Shown here: positions 1 through 10,604 of the stretch, piece by piece | Position numbering within the stretch: position 1 is the stretch's first letter | Layout of the letters: every line of letters starts with the position of its first letter | Source of the DNA: Fluctibacter corallii | GTDB lineage: Bacteria; Pseudomonadota; Gammaproteobacteria; Enterobacterales; Alteromonadaceae | DNA length: 64,000 nt | Direction: 5' to 3' | Assembly (NCBI RefSeq): GCF_025751585.1 | Contig: NZ_JAOWKX010000009.1 | Location: forward strand, 101,661 to 165,660 | Translations under genes and position numbers: made by a program | Notes under the pieces: generated by a model | Told to the model about the DNA's origin: nothing | Seen by the model: the letters and a program-made list of their open reading frames with translations, nothing else | The model's database searches: none

Positions 1-767
1 CGCAGCAAATGGATGTGATTAACAAGGTGGAAATGGCGCTTCGTCAACACCGCTTTGTGCTTTACCGACAGCGCATAGCGCCGCTTAAAAAGAACCAAGA
101 ACGAGCAGCAGAATGCTATGAAGTACTGGTTAGAATGTTTGATGAGAACGGTATATTAGTGCCACCGAATGAATTCATTCCCGTGGCAGAACAATATGGC
201 ATGATTAGCCAGATTGACCTATGGGTGATTGAAACAACCTGTCAGGCAATCTCTCTAGAAGGTGAGTCTGCTTCAACGCGCTATAGCATTAATCTTTCAG
301 GTAAAACGCTGGCTAATCCTGAGTTAGCACGGCTAATTAAGCGGTTATTTAAGCAATATGAAATCACGCCGTCGCGGGTGTGTTTCGAAATCACTGAAAC
401 GGCGGCAATTGGTAACTTCGATGTTGCGTTAGCGTTTATTACCTCAATGAAAGCAGAGGGCTGTCGATTTTATTTAGACGATTTTGGCAGCGGCATGTCG
501 ACGTTTGCCTATTTAAAGAAATTACCTGTAGACACAATTAAAATTGACGGTAGCTTAATTGTTAATTTGCATCAAGATGAAGTGAGTCGGGCTCTGGTTG
601 AAAGTATTCAACGCATGGCCACGGTGACCGGAAAAACCACGGTGGCAGAGTGGGTAGAAAATGCAGAAGCCGCCGAGCTGCTCAGAGAAATGGGTGTCGC
701 GTATGCGCAAGGCTACTACGTGCACAAACCTGAGCATTGGTACTTAATTCGCGCAATGGAGTCATAA
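1..767 (+). CDS. EAL-domain c-di-GMP phosphodiesterase, C-terminal part (5' end outside window)
   Basis: The translation contains EAL-domain signatures (YLDDFGSGMS, QGYY, metal-binding Glu residues). The ORF is open to the window edge. Confidence 0.8.
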   Translation, partial: QQMDVINKVEMALRQHRFVLYRQRIAPLKKNQERAAECYEVLVRMFDENGILVPPNEFIPVAEQYGMISQIDLWVIETTCQAISLEGESASTRYSINLSGKTLANPELARLIKRLFKQYEITPSRVCFEITETAAIGNFDVALAFITSMKAEGCRFYLDDFGSGMSTFAYLKKLPVDTIKIDGSLIVNLHQDEVSRALVESIQRMATVTGKTTVAEWVENAEAAELLREMGVAYAQGYYVHKPEHWYLIRAMES

Positions 768-772
768 AAGAC

Positions 773-1129
773 ATGGAAAATAACATTGAACAATACCTGC
801 TAAGTTTGCCCGAAGCTTGGCTAGACTACCCATTCGGCGACGACGTTAAGGTGTTTAAAGTGAAGCAAAAAATGTTCGCGTTGGTCGGTGAGCGAGAGGG
901 TAAAAAAGGAATTAATTTAAAATGCGACCCACTTGAGGCCGAGAGTTTGCGCGATATTTTTCCGGCAATTACTGCTGCGTATCATATGAATAAGCGTCAT
1001 TGGATCACGGTGCAACTGGATGGCTCAGTGCCTGAAGGAGAAGTTAAGCGGCTCGTGGATAACTCATTCATGCTGGTTGTTAATGGTTTGCCCAAGCGAG
1101 AACGCGCCTCTTTGGCATTGCATTTTTAA
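773..1129 (+). CDS. MmcQ/YjbR family DNA-binding protein
   Basis: About 118 aa, YPFGDDVKVFKVKQKMFAL motif typical of the YjbR family. The ATG at 773 (MENNIEQ) is preferred over the ORF-track start at 737, which overlaps the upstream gene. Confidence 0.55.
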   Translation: MENNIEQYLLSLPEAWLDYPFGDDVKVFKVKQKMFALVGEREGKKGINLKCDPLEAESLRDIFPAITAAYHMNKRHWITVQLDGSVPEGEVKRLVDNSFMLVVNGLPKRERASLALHF

Positions 1130-1253
1130 CCCTCATTGTGTGACGTGAGAACCCTTCCATAACGGGAATTTACACCTAATTACATTCTCTTTTTGCTTCT
1201 TACTGATAATCCATTCACAATACGCCACCACGCAATTTTGGAATGCCATTTTA

Positions 1254-2165
1254 ATGAATAATCAATCGGTTAAAGCAGGCGTATTGTTTGCAATCGCAGC
1301 TTATTGTATGTGGGGCTTTGCACCTATTTACTTTAAGTTATTAGCAGATGTACCCGCATTGGATATTTTAATGCATCGCATAGTTTGGTCAGTGCTTGTA
1401 CTTATTGCGTTGGTACTGGTGGCTGGGCAACTACCGAAAGTGACGGCCGCACTCAAAAACACCAAGGTGCTTAAAATTTTATTGGTATCTGGGTTACTGC
1501 TGGGCGCGAATTGGTTATTGTTTATCTGGGCTGTCAATAACGACCACTTGTTAGATGCAAGTCTTGGCTATTATATTAATCCATTGTTAAACGTATTTTT
1601 AGGACGCGTATTTTTGCAAGAGCGGTTACGCTCGATGCAAAAAGCAGCAGTTGCGCTAGCGGCCATTGGAGTGATTACCCTGATTGTGTCTTTTGGTCAT
1701 GTACCTTGGATAGCACTGGTTCTCGCGGGTACTTTTGGTGTGTACGGATTGCTTCGAAAACAAGTGGCTGTAGATTCATTGCCAGGTTTGCTTATTGAAA
1801 GCACGATGATGCTGCCCCTAGCCATCGTTTACTGGTTTACCTTTGCCAGTGACGCGAGCAATATGTTTACGAACGAGATGGCTCTGAATATCACCCTTAT
1901 CTGTGCGGGCATTGTGACTACGGCTCCCTTGCTGTGCTTTACCGCAGCGGCGCGCCGAATAATGTATTCCACCTTGGGGTTCTTCCAATATATTGGCCCG
2001 AGCATTATGTTTTTGTTGGCGGTGTTTGTGTATGCAGAACCGCTTGACATGGCACGCATGATCACATTTGGCTTTGTTTGGTGTGCCTTATTAATGTTCA
2101 CCTTCGATTCGTATCGGCAATACAGAAAGCAAGCAAAAGTGATTGCTCACTCAGCGTCTAAATAG
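1254..2165 (+). CDS. rarD: EamA-family transporter RarD
   Basis: 303 aa polytopic membrane protein with a RarD-like N-terminus (AGVLFAIAAYCMWGFAPIYFKLL). Confidence 0.8.
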   Translation: MNNQSVKAGVLFAIAAYCMWGFAPIYFKLLADVPALDILMHRIVWSVLVLIALVLVAGQLPKVTAALKNTKVLKILLVSGLLLGANWLLFIWAVNNDHLLDASLGYYINPLLNVFLGRVFLQERLRSMQKAAVALAAIGVITLIVSFGHVPWIALVLAGTFGVYGLLRKQVAVDSLPGLLIESTMMLPLAIVYWFTFASDASNMFTNEMALNITLICAGIVTTAPLLCFTAAARRIMYSTLGFFQYIGPSIMFLLAVFVYAEPLDMARMITFGFVWCALLMFTFDSYRQYRKQAKVIAHSASK

Positions 2166-2181
2166 TAATTTCAAAGCGATG

Positions 2182-3465
2182 CTATGTTGATAGCGAATGT
2201 ATTGCATCTATATCTGGATGGTGGTCAAGGTCACTGACCACCTTATCCCGCCCCGTTTCTTTGGCATGATAAAGGTGAATATCTGCAATTTTGAGCATTG
2301 ATTCTATGTTGTCTCGAAAATGACGGGTTAAGCCGACACTCATGGTATAGCGAAGAGAGGTGCCTGCATACTGAATAGGCGTTTCCTTACATTGTTGTTT
2401 GAAGTCAGAGAGTGCGGCCTCTGCGTCTTCTAGCGAGGTGTCAGCCATGAAAACACAAAATTCTTCGCCCCCAAATCGTGCAATGATATCTTGAGGAAAA
2501 CGCTGTTTTAGCGTTGAGCCAACTGCCTTGAGTACCTCATCACCTGCATCATGGCCTAGTGTGTCGTTAATGTCTTTGAAATGATCTAAATCGATAAGGG
2601 CAAGGCAATGGTGTTTCGTGTCACGTTTTAGCTCTGCATTAACTTTATCGAAAAAGTGCCGTCTGTTAGGTAGGCCAGTGAGGTAATCGGTATTGGCAAC
2701 TTGCTTGATGGTATCGATATGCTCAATGTACTCGACATTTAGCATAACACGACATAAAAACGCTTCCTGCGCGTAAGGGAAGGTTAGGTAATCATTGGCG
2801 CCGCCTTTAATAAAACGTGCGGGAGCGTGCTCTTGGGGGTTTTCAATTAGCCCGACGATGGCTAACTCCTCTTTAGAATATACTTTGCGTAGTGACGCGA
2901 CCAAATCAATACCTGCCCCCTCTTTTAACTGATCGCTTACCAATAATAATTTTACTTGCGGTAAAGTTTGAACCAGAGATTCAGCATCTGATGCAGAAGT
3001 AGATTCAAATATCTGAAAATTATGACGCCGTAATATAGAAAGAATTGACGCTCTGACTGCACGCTTGGGATGCGTAATAAGCACACCAATGTTTTTGTTC
3101 TTCTCCAGTCGAAACAGTAGACGGCTCATGTATTCATACATCTGCGCATTTTCTTTAGGTACGTAATCGACGACATCTCGCTGAAGAATATTGTCGCGGA
3201 TATCTTCATCAAACCCTGATGTAATCGCAATCACTGGAAGGTAAGCAGACAGCGCAAAATCTATGGCTTCTCCACGAGGAGCGTCGGGCAGCGTATATTC
3301 AACCACGGCACAAAGGAACTGTTCTGGCTCTGAATCAGCAAAAACAATTTTGGCGCGTGTGAGGGAGTCTGCGCTTACAACTTCTAAATTAGCTTTACCT
3401 ATCACACGCTTAAGTAAACGCATGTCATGGTGGCTGTCTTCAATAAGCAGTACTTTGTGTTTCAT
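2182..3465 (-). CDS. PleD-like response regulator diguanylate cyclase (REC-REC-GGDEF)
   Basis: Two receiver-like domains followed by a GGDEF domain (RFGGEEFCVFM, YLTGLPNRR). Confidence 0.8.
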   Translation of the reverse strand: MKHKVLLIEDSHHDMRLLKRVIGKANLEVVSADSLTRAKIVFADSEPEQFLCAVVEYTLPDAPRGEAIDFALSAYLPVIAITSGFDEDIRDNILQRDVVDYVPKENAQMYEYMSRLLFRLEKNKNIGVLITHPKRAVRASILSILRRHNFQIFESTSASDAESLVQTLPQVKLLLVSDQLKEGAGIDLVASLRKVYSKEELAIVGLIENPQEHAPARFIKGGANDYLTFPYAQEAFLCRVMLNVEYIEHIDTIKQVANTDYLTGLPNRRHFFDKVNAELKRDTKHHCLALIDLDHFKDINDTLGHDAGDEVLKAVGSTLKQRFPQDIIARFGGEEFCVFMADTSLEDAEAALSDFKQQCKETPIQYAGTSLRYTMSVGLTRHFRDNIESMLKIADIHLYHAKETGRDKVVSDLDHHPDIDAIHSLST

Positions 3466-3582
3466 TTACCGCCTTAAAATGTTTGCTTTGCAAGGGCTAG
3501 CAAAGTAGCAAGTAATCTCAGCAATATAGCAGAACAATGACGACAGCAAGGCGTTATTTAGTTGGCAATACGTAAATGCTTA

Positions 3583-5760
3583 TTAGGCTTTACTTAGCCG
3601 CGCATAAGCCAGTACTAGCCATTTGCTGCCAAAGTCATCAAAATTCACTTGTACGCGTGCATGATCGCCGCTGCCTTCAAAATTTAACACTGTACCTTCA
3701 CCGAATTTAGGATGTGCGACTCGCTCACCCAAGTTAAACCCAGTAGACTCAAAAGCCACATGCGAGCTTTTTTGAGCGGCTTTCTCAAAGCGATTGTACA
3801 TTGGGCGGCTAACTGTATTGCGTATACGTACCTCTTCAATACAGTCAGACGGAATCTCTTTAATAAATCGAGACGCTGTATGGTATTTATCTTGGCCGTA
3901 TAATCTGCGGCTTTCGGCATAGGTGATGTACAGTTTTTCCATTGCGCGGGTCATACCCACGTAACATAGGCGTCGCTCTTCTTCTAAGCGTCCTGGTTCT
4001 TCATTGCTCATTTGGCTGGGGAACATGCCCTCCTCAACTCCAGCCAGCACCACAAAAGGAAATTCCAATCCTTTTGCACTGTGAATGGTCATCATTTGCA
4101 CGGCGTCTTGATGTTGGTCTGCTTGTGCTTCGCCCGCCTCCAGCGACGCGTGTGCCAAAAATGCGGCCAATGGTGTCATGTCGTCGGCATCTTCAGGCAC
4201 CTCAAACTGCTTACAGGCACTGACCAACTCTTCAAGGTTTTCAATACGTTGTTGCGCCTTTTCACCTTTTTCAGCCTTATACATAGCGTACAGGCCGCTT
4301 TGTTTGATTGCCTCGTCAGCTTGTTGATCTAGCGGCAGAGGTAAGATGGCTTCTTGCATACCAAGCACCAAATCCACAAAGGCTTGCAATGCGTTGGCGG
4401 CGCGCCCAGACAGACGTTTCTCTTTTAGCATTAGCAATGTTGCCTGCCAAAGAGATTGCTCTGTGGCGCGAGCTGCATCACGAATATTCGCCAATGTTTT
4501 TTCACCGATACCACGACTTGGTGTATTCACCACGCGTTCAAACGCAGCGTCATCGAGGGGTTGGTTGAGCATACGTAGGTAGCTTAGTGCGTCTTTAATT
4601 TCTTGACGCTCGAAAAAGCGCAAGCCACCATAAATTCGATAAGATACTTGCTCTTGCAACAGAGCTTCTTCTATAACGCGTGATTGGGCATTATTCCTAT
4701 ATAAGATAGCGCAATCGCTCAAGGCATAGCCTTTGTCTATCCAATCCTTAATACGCGCCACGATAAAGCGGGCCTCATCCAATTCGTTAAAGCCTGCGTA
4801 AAGAGAGATAACCTCACCTTCGGCGTCTTCTGTCCAAAGGTTCTTGCCTAAACGGCCTTGGTTATTGTCAATTACGGCGTTGGCCGCTTTTAAGATATTG
4901 CCAGTAGAGCGATAGTTTTGCTCAAGACGTATGGTCTTCGCGCTGGGGAAGTCTTTCAAAAAATGGGAGATATTCTCGACATTTGCACCCCGCCAGCCAT
5001 AAATAGATTGATCGTCATCACCTACAATCATCATGTTGTTGTCTTCACAGCACAATAATCGCAGCCACGCATACTGAATATTGTTGGTATCTTGGAATTC
5101 GTCTACAAGAATGGTGCGGAAACGACGCTGGTAGTGTTTGAGAATTTGCGGATGATTCAGCCATAGCTCATGGGCCCGTAATAAAAGCTCGGCAAAATCC
5201 ACTAGCCCAGCGCGATCACAGGTGTCTTGATAAACCTGATAAATCTCACGCATTTTTTGTTTGGTGGGATCACCGTAGGTTTCTATATGTTGTGGACGTA
5301 AGCCCTCGTCTTTATTGCCGTTGATGTACCATTGCACCTGCTTAGGTTGCCAGTGTTTTTCATCTAAGTTCATAGATTTGATCACCCGGCGTACTAAACG
5401 GTACTGATCGTCAGAATCTAATATCTGAAAACTTTCAGGCAAACGTGCTTCTTGATAATGGTAGCGTAATAATCTGTGCGCCAAACCATGGAAGGTGCCC
5501 ATCCACATAGTTTGCAATGAGGTTCCCATTAGGCTCTCGACACGGCCGCGCATTTCTCGTGCGGCTTTATTGGTGAAGGTCACGGCAAGAATGCTGAAAG
5601 GTGCAATGTTTTCTACTTCCATTAGCCAGGCAATACGATGAACAAGCACACGAGTTTTACCGCTTCCTGCACCTGCTAGCACAAGCATGTCGGAGGGGGG
5701 AGCAGCAACCGCATCGCGTTGTTTGTCATTGAGTTGGTCTAACAGTCTGGACACATCCAT
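3583..5760 (-). CDS. uvrD: DNA helicase II UvrD
   Basis: N-terminus MDVSRLLDQLNDKQRDAVAAP...LAGAGSGKTRVL is collinear with E. coli UvrD. About 725 aa. Confidence 0.9.
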   Translation of the reverse strand: MDVSRLLDQLNDKQRDAVAAPPSDMLVLAGAGSGKTRVLVHRIAWLMEVENIAPFSILAVTFTNKAAREMRGRVESLMGTSLQTMWMGTFHGLAHRLLRYHYQEARLPESFQILDSDDQYRLVRRVIKSMNLDEKHWQPKQVQWYINGNKDEGLRPQHIETYGDPTKQKMREIYQVYQDTCDRAGLVDFAELLLRAHELWLNHPQILKHYQRRFRTILVDEFQDTNNIQYAWLRLLCCEDNNMMIVGDDDQSIYGWRGANVENISHFLKDFPSAKTIRLEQNYRSTGNILKAANAVIDNNQGRLGKNLWTEDAEGEVISLYAGFNELDEARFIVARIKDWIDKGYALSDCAILYRNNAQSRVIEEALLQEQVSYRIYGGLRFFERQEIKDALSYLRMLNQPLDDAAFERVVNTPSRGIGEKTLANIRDAARATEQSLWQATLLMLKEKRLSGRAANALQAFVDLVLGMQEAILPLPLDQQADEAIKQSGLYAMYKAEKGEKAQQRIENLEELVSACKQFEVPEDADDMTPLAAFLAHASLEAGEAQADQHQDAVQMMTIHSAKGLEFPFVVLAGVEEGMFPSQMSNEEPGRLEEERRLCYVGMTRAMEKLYITYAESRRLYGQDKYHTASRFIKEIPSDCIEEVRIRNTVSRPMYNRFEKAAQKSSHVAFESTGFNLGERVAHPKFGEGTVLNFEGSGDHARVQVNFDDFGSKWLVLAYARLSKA

Positions 5761-5810
5761 TGGCAATTTTCTTCATCGGCTTTAATTTAGGGCAGAAGTA
5801 TATCACTTAT

Positions 5811-5828
5811 ACTGTATTTTTATACATT
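5811..5828. promoter_or_regulatory. Putative LexA (SOS) box upstream of uvrD
   Basis: ACTGTATTTTTATACATT reads as CTGT-N8-ACAT, one mismatch from the gamma-proteobacterial CTGT-N8-ACAG consensus, 30-50 bp upstream of the uvrD start. Confidence 0.3.
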
Positions 5829-5950
5829 TGAATGCTTTGAACTATAGGATTACCCGTAATTTGCTACTGTTCTGTCAGTAAAAGGCTTAGAATAACGTGA
5901 TTAACATCAGCAATGGGTATTGGCTCATGCAGAAAAAAGGTAAACGAGAC

Positions 5951-6736
5951 ATGATGGACGCGCAGGCATTCTGGCAAACGCTTAAGGAAGAAGCACGATT
6001 TTTTGTAGATAAAGAACCTCTTTTAGCCAGTTACATTCACGCTTGCGTGTTAACGCATCACAATTTTGAATCATCTTTGAGCTTTATTCTAGCGAATAAA
6101 ATTACAGACGAAGTCATGCCAGCGTTAGCGATTCATGAGATGTTCGATGAAGCTTTTTTGATGCAGCCAGATTTGGTTGAGTCAGCCATGACTGATATCC
6201 AAGCAGTTTATCAACGTGACCCAGCTGTAGACTCGTATCTGACGGTGCTAATGCATCTGAAAGGCTTTAAAGCGATTCAAGTGCATCGCTTAGCCAATTA
6301 TTTGTGGCGACACAACCGTAAGCAACTTGCTTTGTTCATTCAAAGTCGCAATTCGGAGGTGTTTGGCGTTGATATCCATCCCGCTGCAAAGATCGGTAAA
6401 GGTGTTATGTTCGACCACGCCACAGGTATCGTAGTGGGCGAAACCGCCGTGATTGAAGACGATGTCTCAATTTTACAATCGGTTACGCTGGGTGGAACAG
6501 GCAATGAAAGCGGAGATCGCCACCCTAAAGTCAGAAAAGGTGTGATGATTGGATCGGGCGCAAAAATACTCGGTAACATTGAAATCGGGCAAGGTTCTAA
6601 AGTCGGCGCAGGGAGCGTGGTACTAAGCTCTGTGCCAGAGCATGTGACGGTGGTAGGCGTACCAGCGAAAATTGTGGGTAAACCGCAATGCGATAGCCCG
6701 TGTCAAACAATGCAGCAAAATGTGCTAGAAGACTAA
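5951..6736 (+). CDS. cysE: Serine O-acetyltransferase
   Basis: MMDAQAFWQTLKEEARFF..LASYIHACVL..ANKI aligns with the E. coli CysE N-terminus. C-terminal hexapeptide repeats are present. RBS AAGG sits 10 nt upstream of 5951. Confidence 0.85.
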   Translation: MMDAQAFWQTLKEEARFFVDKEPLLASYIHACVLTHHNFESSLSFILANKITDEVMPALAIHEMFDEAFLMQPDLVESAMTDIQAVYQRDPAVDSYLTVLMHLKGFKAIQVHRLANYLWRHNRKQLALFIQSRNSEVFGVDIHPAAKIGKGVMFDHATGIVVGETAVIEDDVSILQSVTLGGTGNESGDRHPKVRKGVMIGSGAKILGNIEIGQGSKVGAGSVVLSSVPEHVTVVGVPAKIVGKPQCDSPCQTMQQNVLED

Positions 6737-6797
6737 CCGGCGCATTTAAATCATTTATTTTCAGCAAAAAGGCAGCGTGTTTGAGTATAACGCGCCG

Positions 6798-7517
6798 CTA
6801 CACAAGCTGTTTCAAATCTTCTAATGTGGTGAGCTGAATATCGGGTAAAAGCGTGGCTTTTTCGCTTGCTAAGTGCATGCTGCGATTTTCAGCATACCAC
6901 GCAGTTGAAAAGCCTGCTTGTTTGGCACCCATTACGTCTTTTTCTAGATTATCCCCCACGTGCAATATGTGTTTAGCATCAACACTTAATTGTGTGCGGG
7001 CAAGATCAAACATGTGCTGATGGGGTTTCATTGGTTGTTGCAAGCTGGCATGAAAGCTTTGAATAAAATATGACGCAATGCCAATCTGATGTAATCGCAC
7101 ATTACCATTAGTAATGGCAATCAGCGGCACACGCGATGATAAATAAGCCAAAACCGACATAATAGATTCACTGACTTTAAAATCACTACGATGAAAATAA
7201 AAATGTTCAAATGCGTCGTTTACATGTCTATCTAAATCAGTCATGTGTGAATAACCAGATTGAATTAAACCCTGTTTTAAAACACGCTTTCTAAGTTCAC
7301 CCATATCATTGTGAAGCGAAGGGGTTTGGTGGAGAAACTCTGATTTTATTTTGCCCCAGTCGTGCATCGACATGTTGGCAGTGTTAGGAAAGCGCTCAGC
7401 TAAAAATTGATGAAGGTGCTTTTCGGCACGGCGCATAATCGGATAGTTGTCGTACAATGTATCGTCTAGGTCAAACGTGATGGCTTTTACATTGGGTATT
7501 TGGCGATAAAATATCAT
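6798..7517 (-). CDS. yigB: HAD-family hydrolase (YigB-like)
   Basis: Motif I ITFDLDDTLYDN, lies in the conserved position next to the dapF/yigA block. Confidence 0.7.
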   Translation of the reverse strand: MIFYRQIPNVKAITFDLDDTLYDNYPIMRRAEKHLHQFLAERFPNTANMSMHDWGKIKSEFLHQTPSLHNDMGELRKRVLKQGLIQSGYSHMTDLDRHVNDAFEHFYFHRSDFKVSESIMSVLAYLSSRVPLIAITNGNVRLHQIGIASYFIQSFHASLQQPMKPHQHMFDLARTQLSVDAKHILHVGDNLEKDVMGAKQAGFSTAWYAENRSMHLASEKATLLPDIQLTTLEDLKQLV

Positions 7518-7633
7518 GGTTAGTCTTTACCTACTTTTTCCGCACTACATAACTAGCTTAGCTGACCCAAAGCGTATCGCGTAGACTGGACAATGTATTA
7601 TTTGAACTTAAAAACTGAGCTTAAAAGCTGAGC

Positions 7634-8332
7634 TTAAAAGCCATCTAAGCTCGGCAGGTATACGTTCAAAAACTGCTGAAGCTGCGTAATGAGTAAGGTA
7701 TCCATGTCTGGATTAAAGTGGCTAGGATCTTTGCTACCCACGGCCAGAATGCCAAAATTGCCGTTTTCGCCCAGCAACATCAAGCCGACAGATTCCGCTG
7801 GTTTTCCAGCAAACAACAGTTGCTTTTCATGTTGGCTTAAACGCCCAAAAAAGAAATGACTTTGTTTGAAGCGCTTTTCCATAAAGAGTTTGCGCTGGAT
7901 TTCAGGAAAGGCGTTAGCTCCCTCAAATGCGCGTAGTGATACCGCAGACATTTTTAGCTTGTCTCGCATCACGCTATCGAGGGTTGATTGTACTTCGCTG
8001 AAATAACGACATTGTAAAAGCTGAAGGTTTAAATCGGCATAAATGCGATAGATTTCTTCATTCTTCTTGGCTACCGAAATAAGCTGACTGAGCTTACGTG
8101 AGAGTTGCTTTACCTTTTCTCGTAGTTGATTACATTGCAATTCGAAAAGAGACACTGCCCCTTTCTTTTCATGAGGAATGAGTAGCCTTTCAGCAATATC
8201 TGGGAAGTGGTTGAAAAAATTTGGGTTAGCAAGCAGGAAATCACGCACATCCTCGGGACGGATTGCGTTGAACGTTTCTACTTCATTGTTCAAGCTAGAT
8301 TGGGCGTGCTGTTGACCCGACACTTCATTCAT
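7634..8332 (-). CDS. yigA: DUF484 family protein (YigA-like)
   Basis: 232 aa, 4-bp overlap with dapF as in the conserved dapF-yigA arrangement. Confidence 0.7.
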   Translation of the reverse strand: MNEVSGQQHAQSSLNNEVETFNAIRPEDVRDFLLANPNFFNHFPDIAERLLIPHEKKGAVSLFELQCNQLREKVKQLSRKLSQLISVAKKNEEIYRIYADLNLQLLQCRYFSEVQSTLDSVMRDKLKMSAVSLRAFEGANAFPEIQRKLFMEKRFKQSHFFFGRLSQHEKQLLFAGKPAESVGLMLLGENGNFGILAVGSKDPSHFNPDMDTLLITQLQQFLNVYLPSLDGF

Positions 8333-9159
8333 ATTGTAATAAATCCATCAAACACGTGTTCGGCTGGTCCAGTCATTTTTAGTACGTTATCTTTCCCTTG
8401 CCAGCGAATTTTTAGACTTCCGCCAGGCAAGTCGACTCGGACATCTTTCCCTAGTTTACCTTGAATTTGCCCGATAGCAACGGCTGCACATGCACCACTG
8501 CCACAAGCCAGTGTTTCACCCGCTCCACGTTCGAACACGCGTAACTTGATATGACCCGAATTGAGTATCTGCATGAAGCCAACATTCACGCCCTCTGGAA
8601 AGCGTTCATGCCGTTCTAATAACGGGCCTAAAAGCTCGACGGGGGCTGTGTTAATATCGTCGACTTCCATCACGCAATGGGGATTTCCCATTGACACAGC
8701 GCCGACAAATACCGTGTGTTCTTCTGCGCGTATAATGTAAGTGCCTTCTTCTTTATTGGCTTTCATCGGAATGTTGGCAGGAACGAAGTTGGGCCTGCCC
8801 ATATTCACTGTAACTTGCCCGTCTTTTTCTAGGTAAAGAATGATTTTGCCAGATTTTGTACTCACAACAATTTTGCTGCGGTTAGTTAACCCTTTCATTT
8901 TCACAAAACGAGCGAAGCAGCGCGCCCCATTGCCACATTGCGAGACTTCAGTGCCATCAGCATTGAAGATGCGGTAATGAAAATCTTGATCAGGATCATA
9001 AGGGGGTTCGACGATTAACATTTGGTCGAAGCCAATTCCGAAGTTTCTGTCAGCCAATTGCTGAATTTTTTCTTTAGAGAAAAAGACATTTTGGGTAACG
9101 CTGTCTACGACAACAAAGTCGTTACCTAACCCATGCATTTTAGAAAATTGTATTTGCAT
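8329..9159 (-). CDS. dapF: Diaminopimelate epimerase
   Basis: [19 protein letters not shown] with catalytic Cys motifs ([16 protein letters not shown]). Confidence 0.9.
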   Translation of the reverse strand: MQIQFSKMHGLGNDFVVVDSVTQNVFFSKEKIQQLADRNFGIGFDQMLIVEPPYDPDQDFHYRIFNADGTEVSQCGNGARCFARFVKMKGLTNRSKIVVSTKSGKIILYLEKDGQVTVNMGRPNFVPANIPMKANKEEGTYIIRAEEHTVFVGAVSMGNPHCVMEVDDINTAPVELLGPLLERHERFPEGVNVGFMQILNSGHIKLRVFERGAGETLACGSGACAAVAIGQIQGKLGKDVRVDLPGGSLKIRWQGKDNVLKMTGPAEHVFDGFITI

Positions 9160-9185
9160 TACTACGCTGTCAGCTTTTTATTTCA

Positions 9186-10433
9186 TTATATGACGGATTC
9201 GCCGCGCCAGAGGTCTTCAATAGTTTCACGCTTTCTTACCAGATGTACAGAAGAATCATCAACTAATATTTCAGCCACCCGAGGACGACTGTTGTAATTG
9301 GATGACATAACAAAGCCATACGCGCCTGCACTTCTTACAGCAAGTAGATCGCCAGGGGCAATCGACAATGTTCGGTCTTTACCAATAAAGTCGCCTGTTT
9401 CACACACAGGGCCGACAATATCGTAAGTTTGTGATGGGCGTTGTAACGACGTATCGCAAGGAATAATGTTCTGCCATGCAGAGTATAATGCCGGACGGAT
9501 TAAGTCGTTCATGGCGGCATCGACAATGGCAAAGTGCTTTTCTTCGCCCTCTTTTAGAAACTCAACCTTGGTTAGCAGTACACCTGCATTTGCCATAATG
9601 GCTCGTCCTGGCTCAAAAATCAGCGTTAGTTCAGGGCGTTGTTGCATACGTGTCATTAATGCTTCTACGTATTGATCAGGGTGAGGTGGTGTTTCGTCTT
9701 TGTAATTGACGCCCAATCCGCCACCTACGTCTAAGTGGTGAATAGTAATGCCTTCTTCGGCGAGTTCGTCAATGAGCTCCAACAATCTGTCGAGGGCATC
9801 CACGAACGGTTCAGCTTCAGTGAGTTGTGAACCAATATGGCAATCCATACCGATAACGTTCAAATGAGAAAGCTCAGCGGCTTCTTTGTAGACCTCAATG
9901 GCATGATCACGTCGAATACCAAATTTGTTGGCTTTTAGGCCTGTAGAAATATACGGATGGGTTTTCGCATCTACATCGGGGTTAATGCGAATAGAAATGG
10001 GAGCTTGTTTATTCAGTGTTTTAGCTACTTGGTTGATACGAACTAGTTCGGCTGGCGACTCTACATTAAAGCATAAAATGTCTTTCTCTAGCGCAAATGC
10101 GATTTCCGCTTCGGTTTTGCCGACGCCCGAAAATACCACTTTACGGGGATCGCCGCCGGCGTGTAAAACGCGCGCAAGCTCGCCGCCAGACACAATATCA
10201 AAGCCCGAACCTAGCTTGGCCAAAACGCTCAGCACACCCAGATTTGAATTGGCTTTCACCGCATAGCAAATGAGATGTTTATGCTCGCCTGCCGCCTTGT
10301 TAAATGCATGCCAATGGCGCTCGATGGTTGCTCTCGAGTAGACATAGCAAGGGGTGCCATAGGTGTTTGCGATGTCGCTTAAGGCGACATTTTCTGCTTT
10401 GAGTTGATGATTTTCGTATTGGAAAAAGTCCAC
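9186..10433 (-). CDS. lysA: Diaminopimelate decarboxylase
   Basis: 415 aa PLP-dependent decarboxylase (YAVKANSN, GGGLGV, EPGRA motifs). Confidence 0.9.
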   Translation of the reverse strand: MDFFQYENHQLKAENVALSDIANTYGTPCYVYSRATIERHWHAFNKAAGEHKHLICYAVKANSNLGVLSVLAKLGSGFDIVSGGELARVLHAGGDPRKVVFSGVGKTEAEIAFALEKDILCFNVESPAELVRINQVAKTLNKQAPISIRINPDVDAKTHPYISTGLKANKFGIRRDHAIEVYKEAAELSHLNVIGMDCHIGSQLTEAEPFVDALDRLLELIDELAEEGITIHHLDVGGGLGVNYKDETPPHPDQYVEALMTRMQQRPELTLIFEPGRAIMANAGVLLTKVEFLKEGEEKHFAIVDAAMNDLIRPALYSAWQNIIPCDTSLQRPSQTYDIVGPVCETGDFIGKDRTLSIAPGDLLAVRSAGAYGFVMSSNYNSRPRVAEILVDDSSVHLVRKRETIEDLWRGESVI

Positions 10434-10604
10434 CTATCCCTCCTTGCTATCGGCCGCATTCACTTCAGACGATTCGGTGCTTGGCGTGTCTTGATTTTGT
10501 TGAGGCTTTTCTGGGGCGTACAGCGGCCCTTTATTGCCACAGCCTACCAAGCCTATGAAGACGACAAACAACACGATAAGCGGGCGGGTAATTACGGATT
10601 TCAT
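10434..10604 (-). CDS. lptM: Small lipoprotein LptM (YifL-like)
   Basis: About 56 aa, lipobox LVGC followed by GNKGPLYAPE, the LptM signature. Sits upstream of lysA-dapF, as yifL does in enterics. Confidence 0.6.
   Translation of the reverse strand: MKSVITRPLIVLFVVFIGLVGCGNKGPLYAPEKPQQNQDTPSTESSEVNAADSKEG

Noticed and set aside
3466-3582. Hairpin CTTTGC-N8-GCAAAG downstream of uvrD as a terminator
   Set aside because: The stem is short with a large loop and there is no clear U-tract. It may instead be part of the promoter/operator of the downstream GGDEF regulator gene, so it is left uncalled.
7615-7640. 13-bp tandem direct repeat CTGAGCTTAAAAG x2 at the yigA stop
   Set aside because: Only two copies. 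This is not a CRISPR or VNTR array. It is noted only as a possible scar within the xerC-less junction finding.
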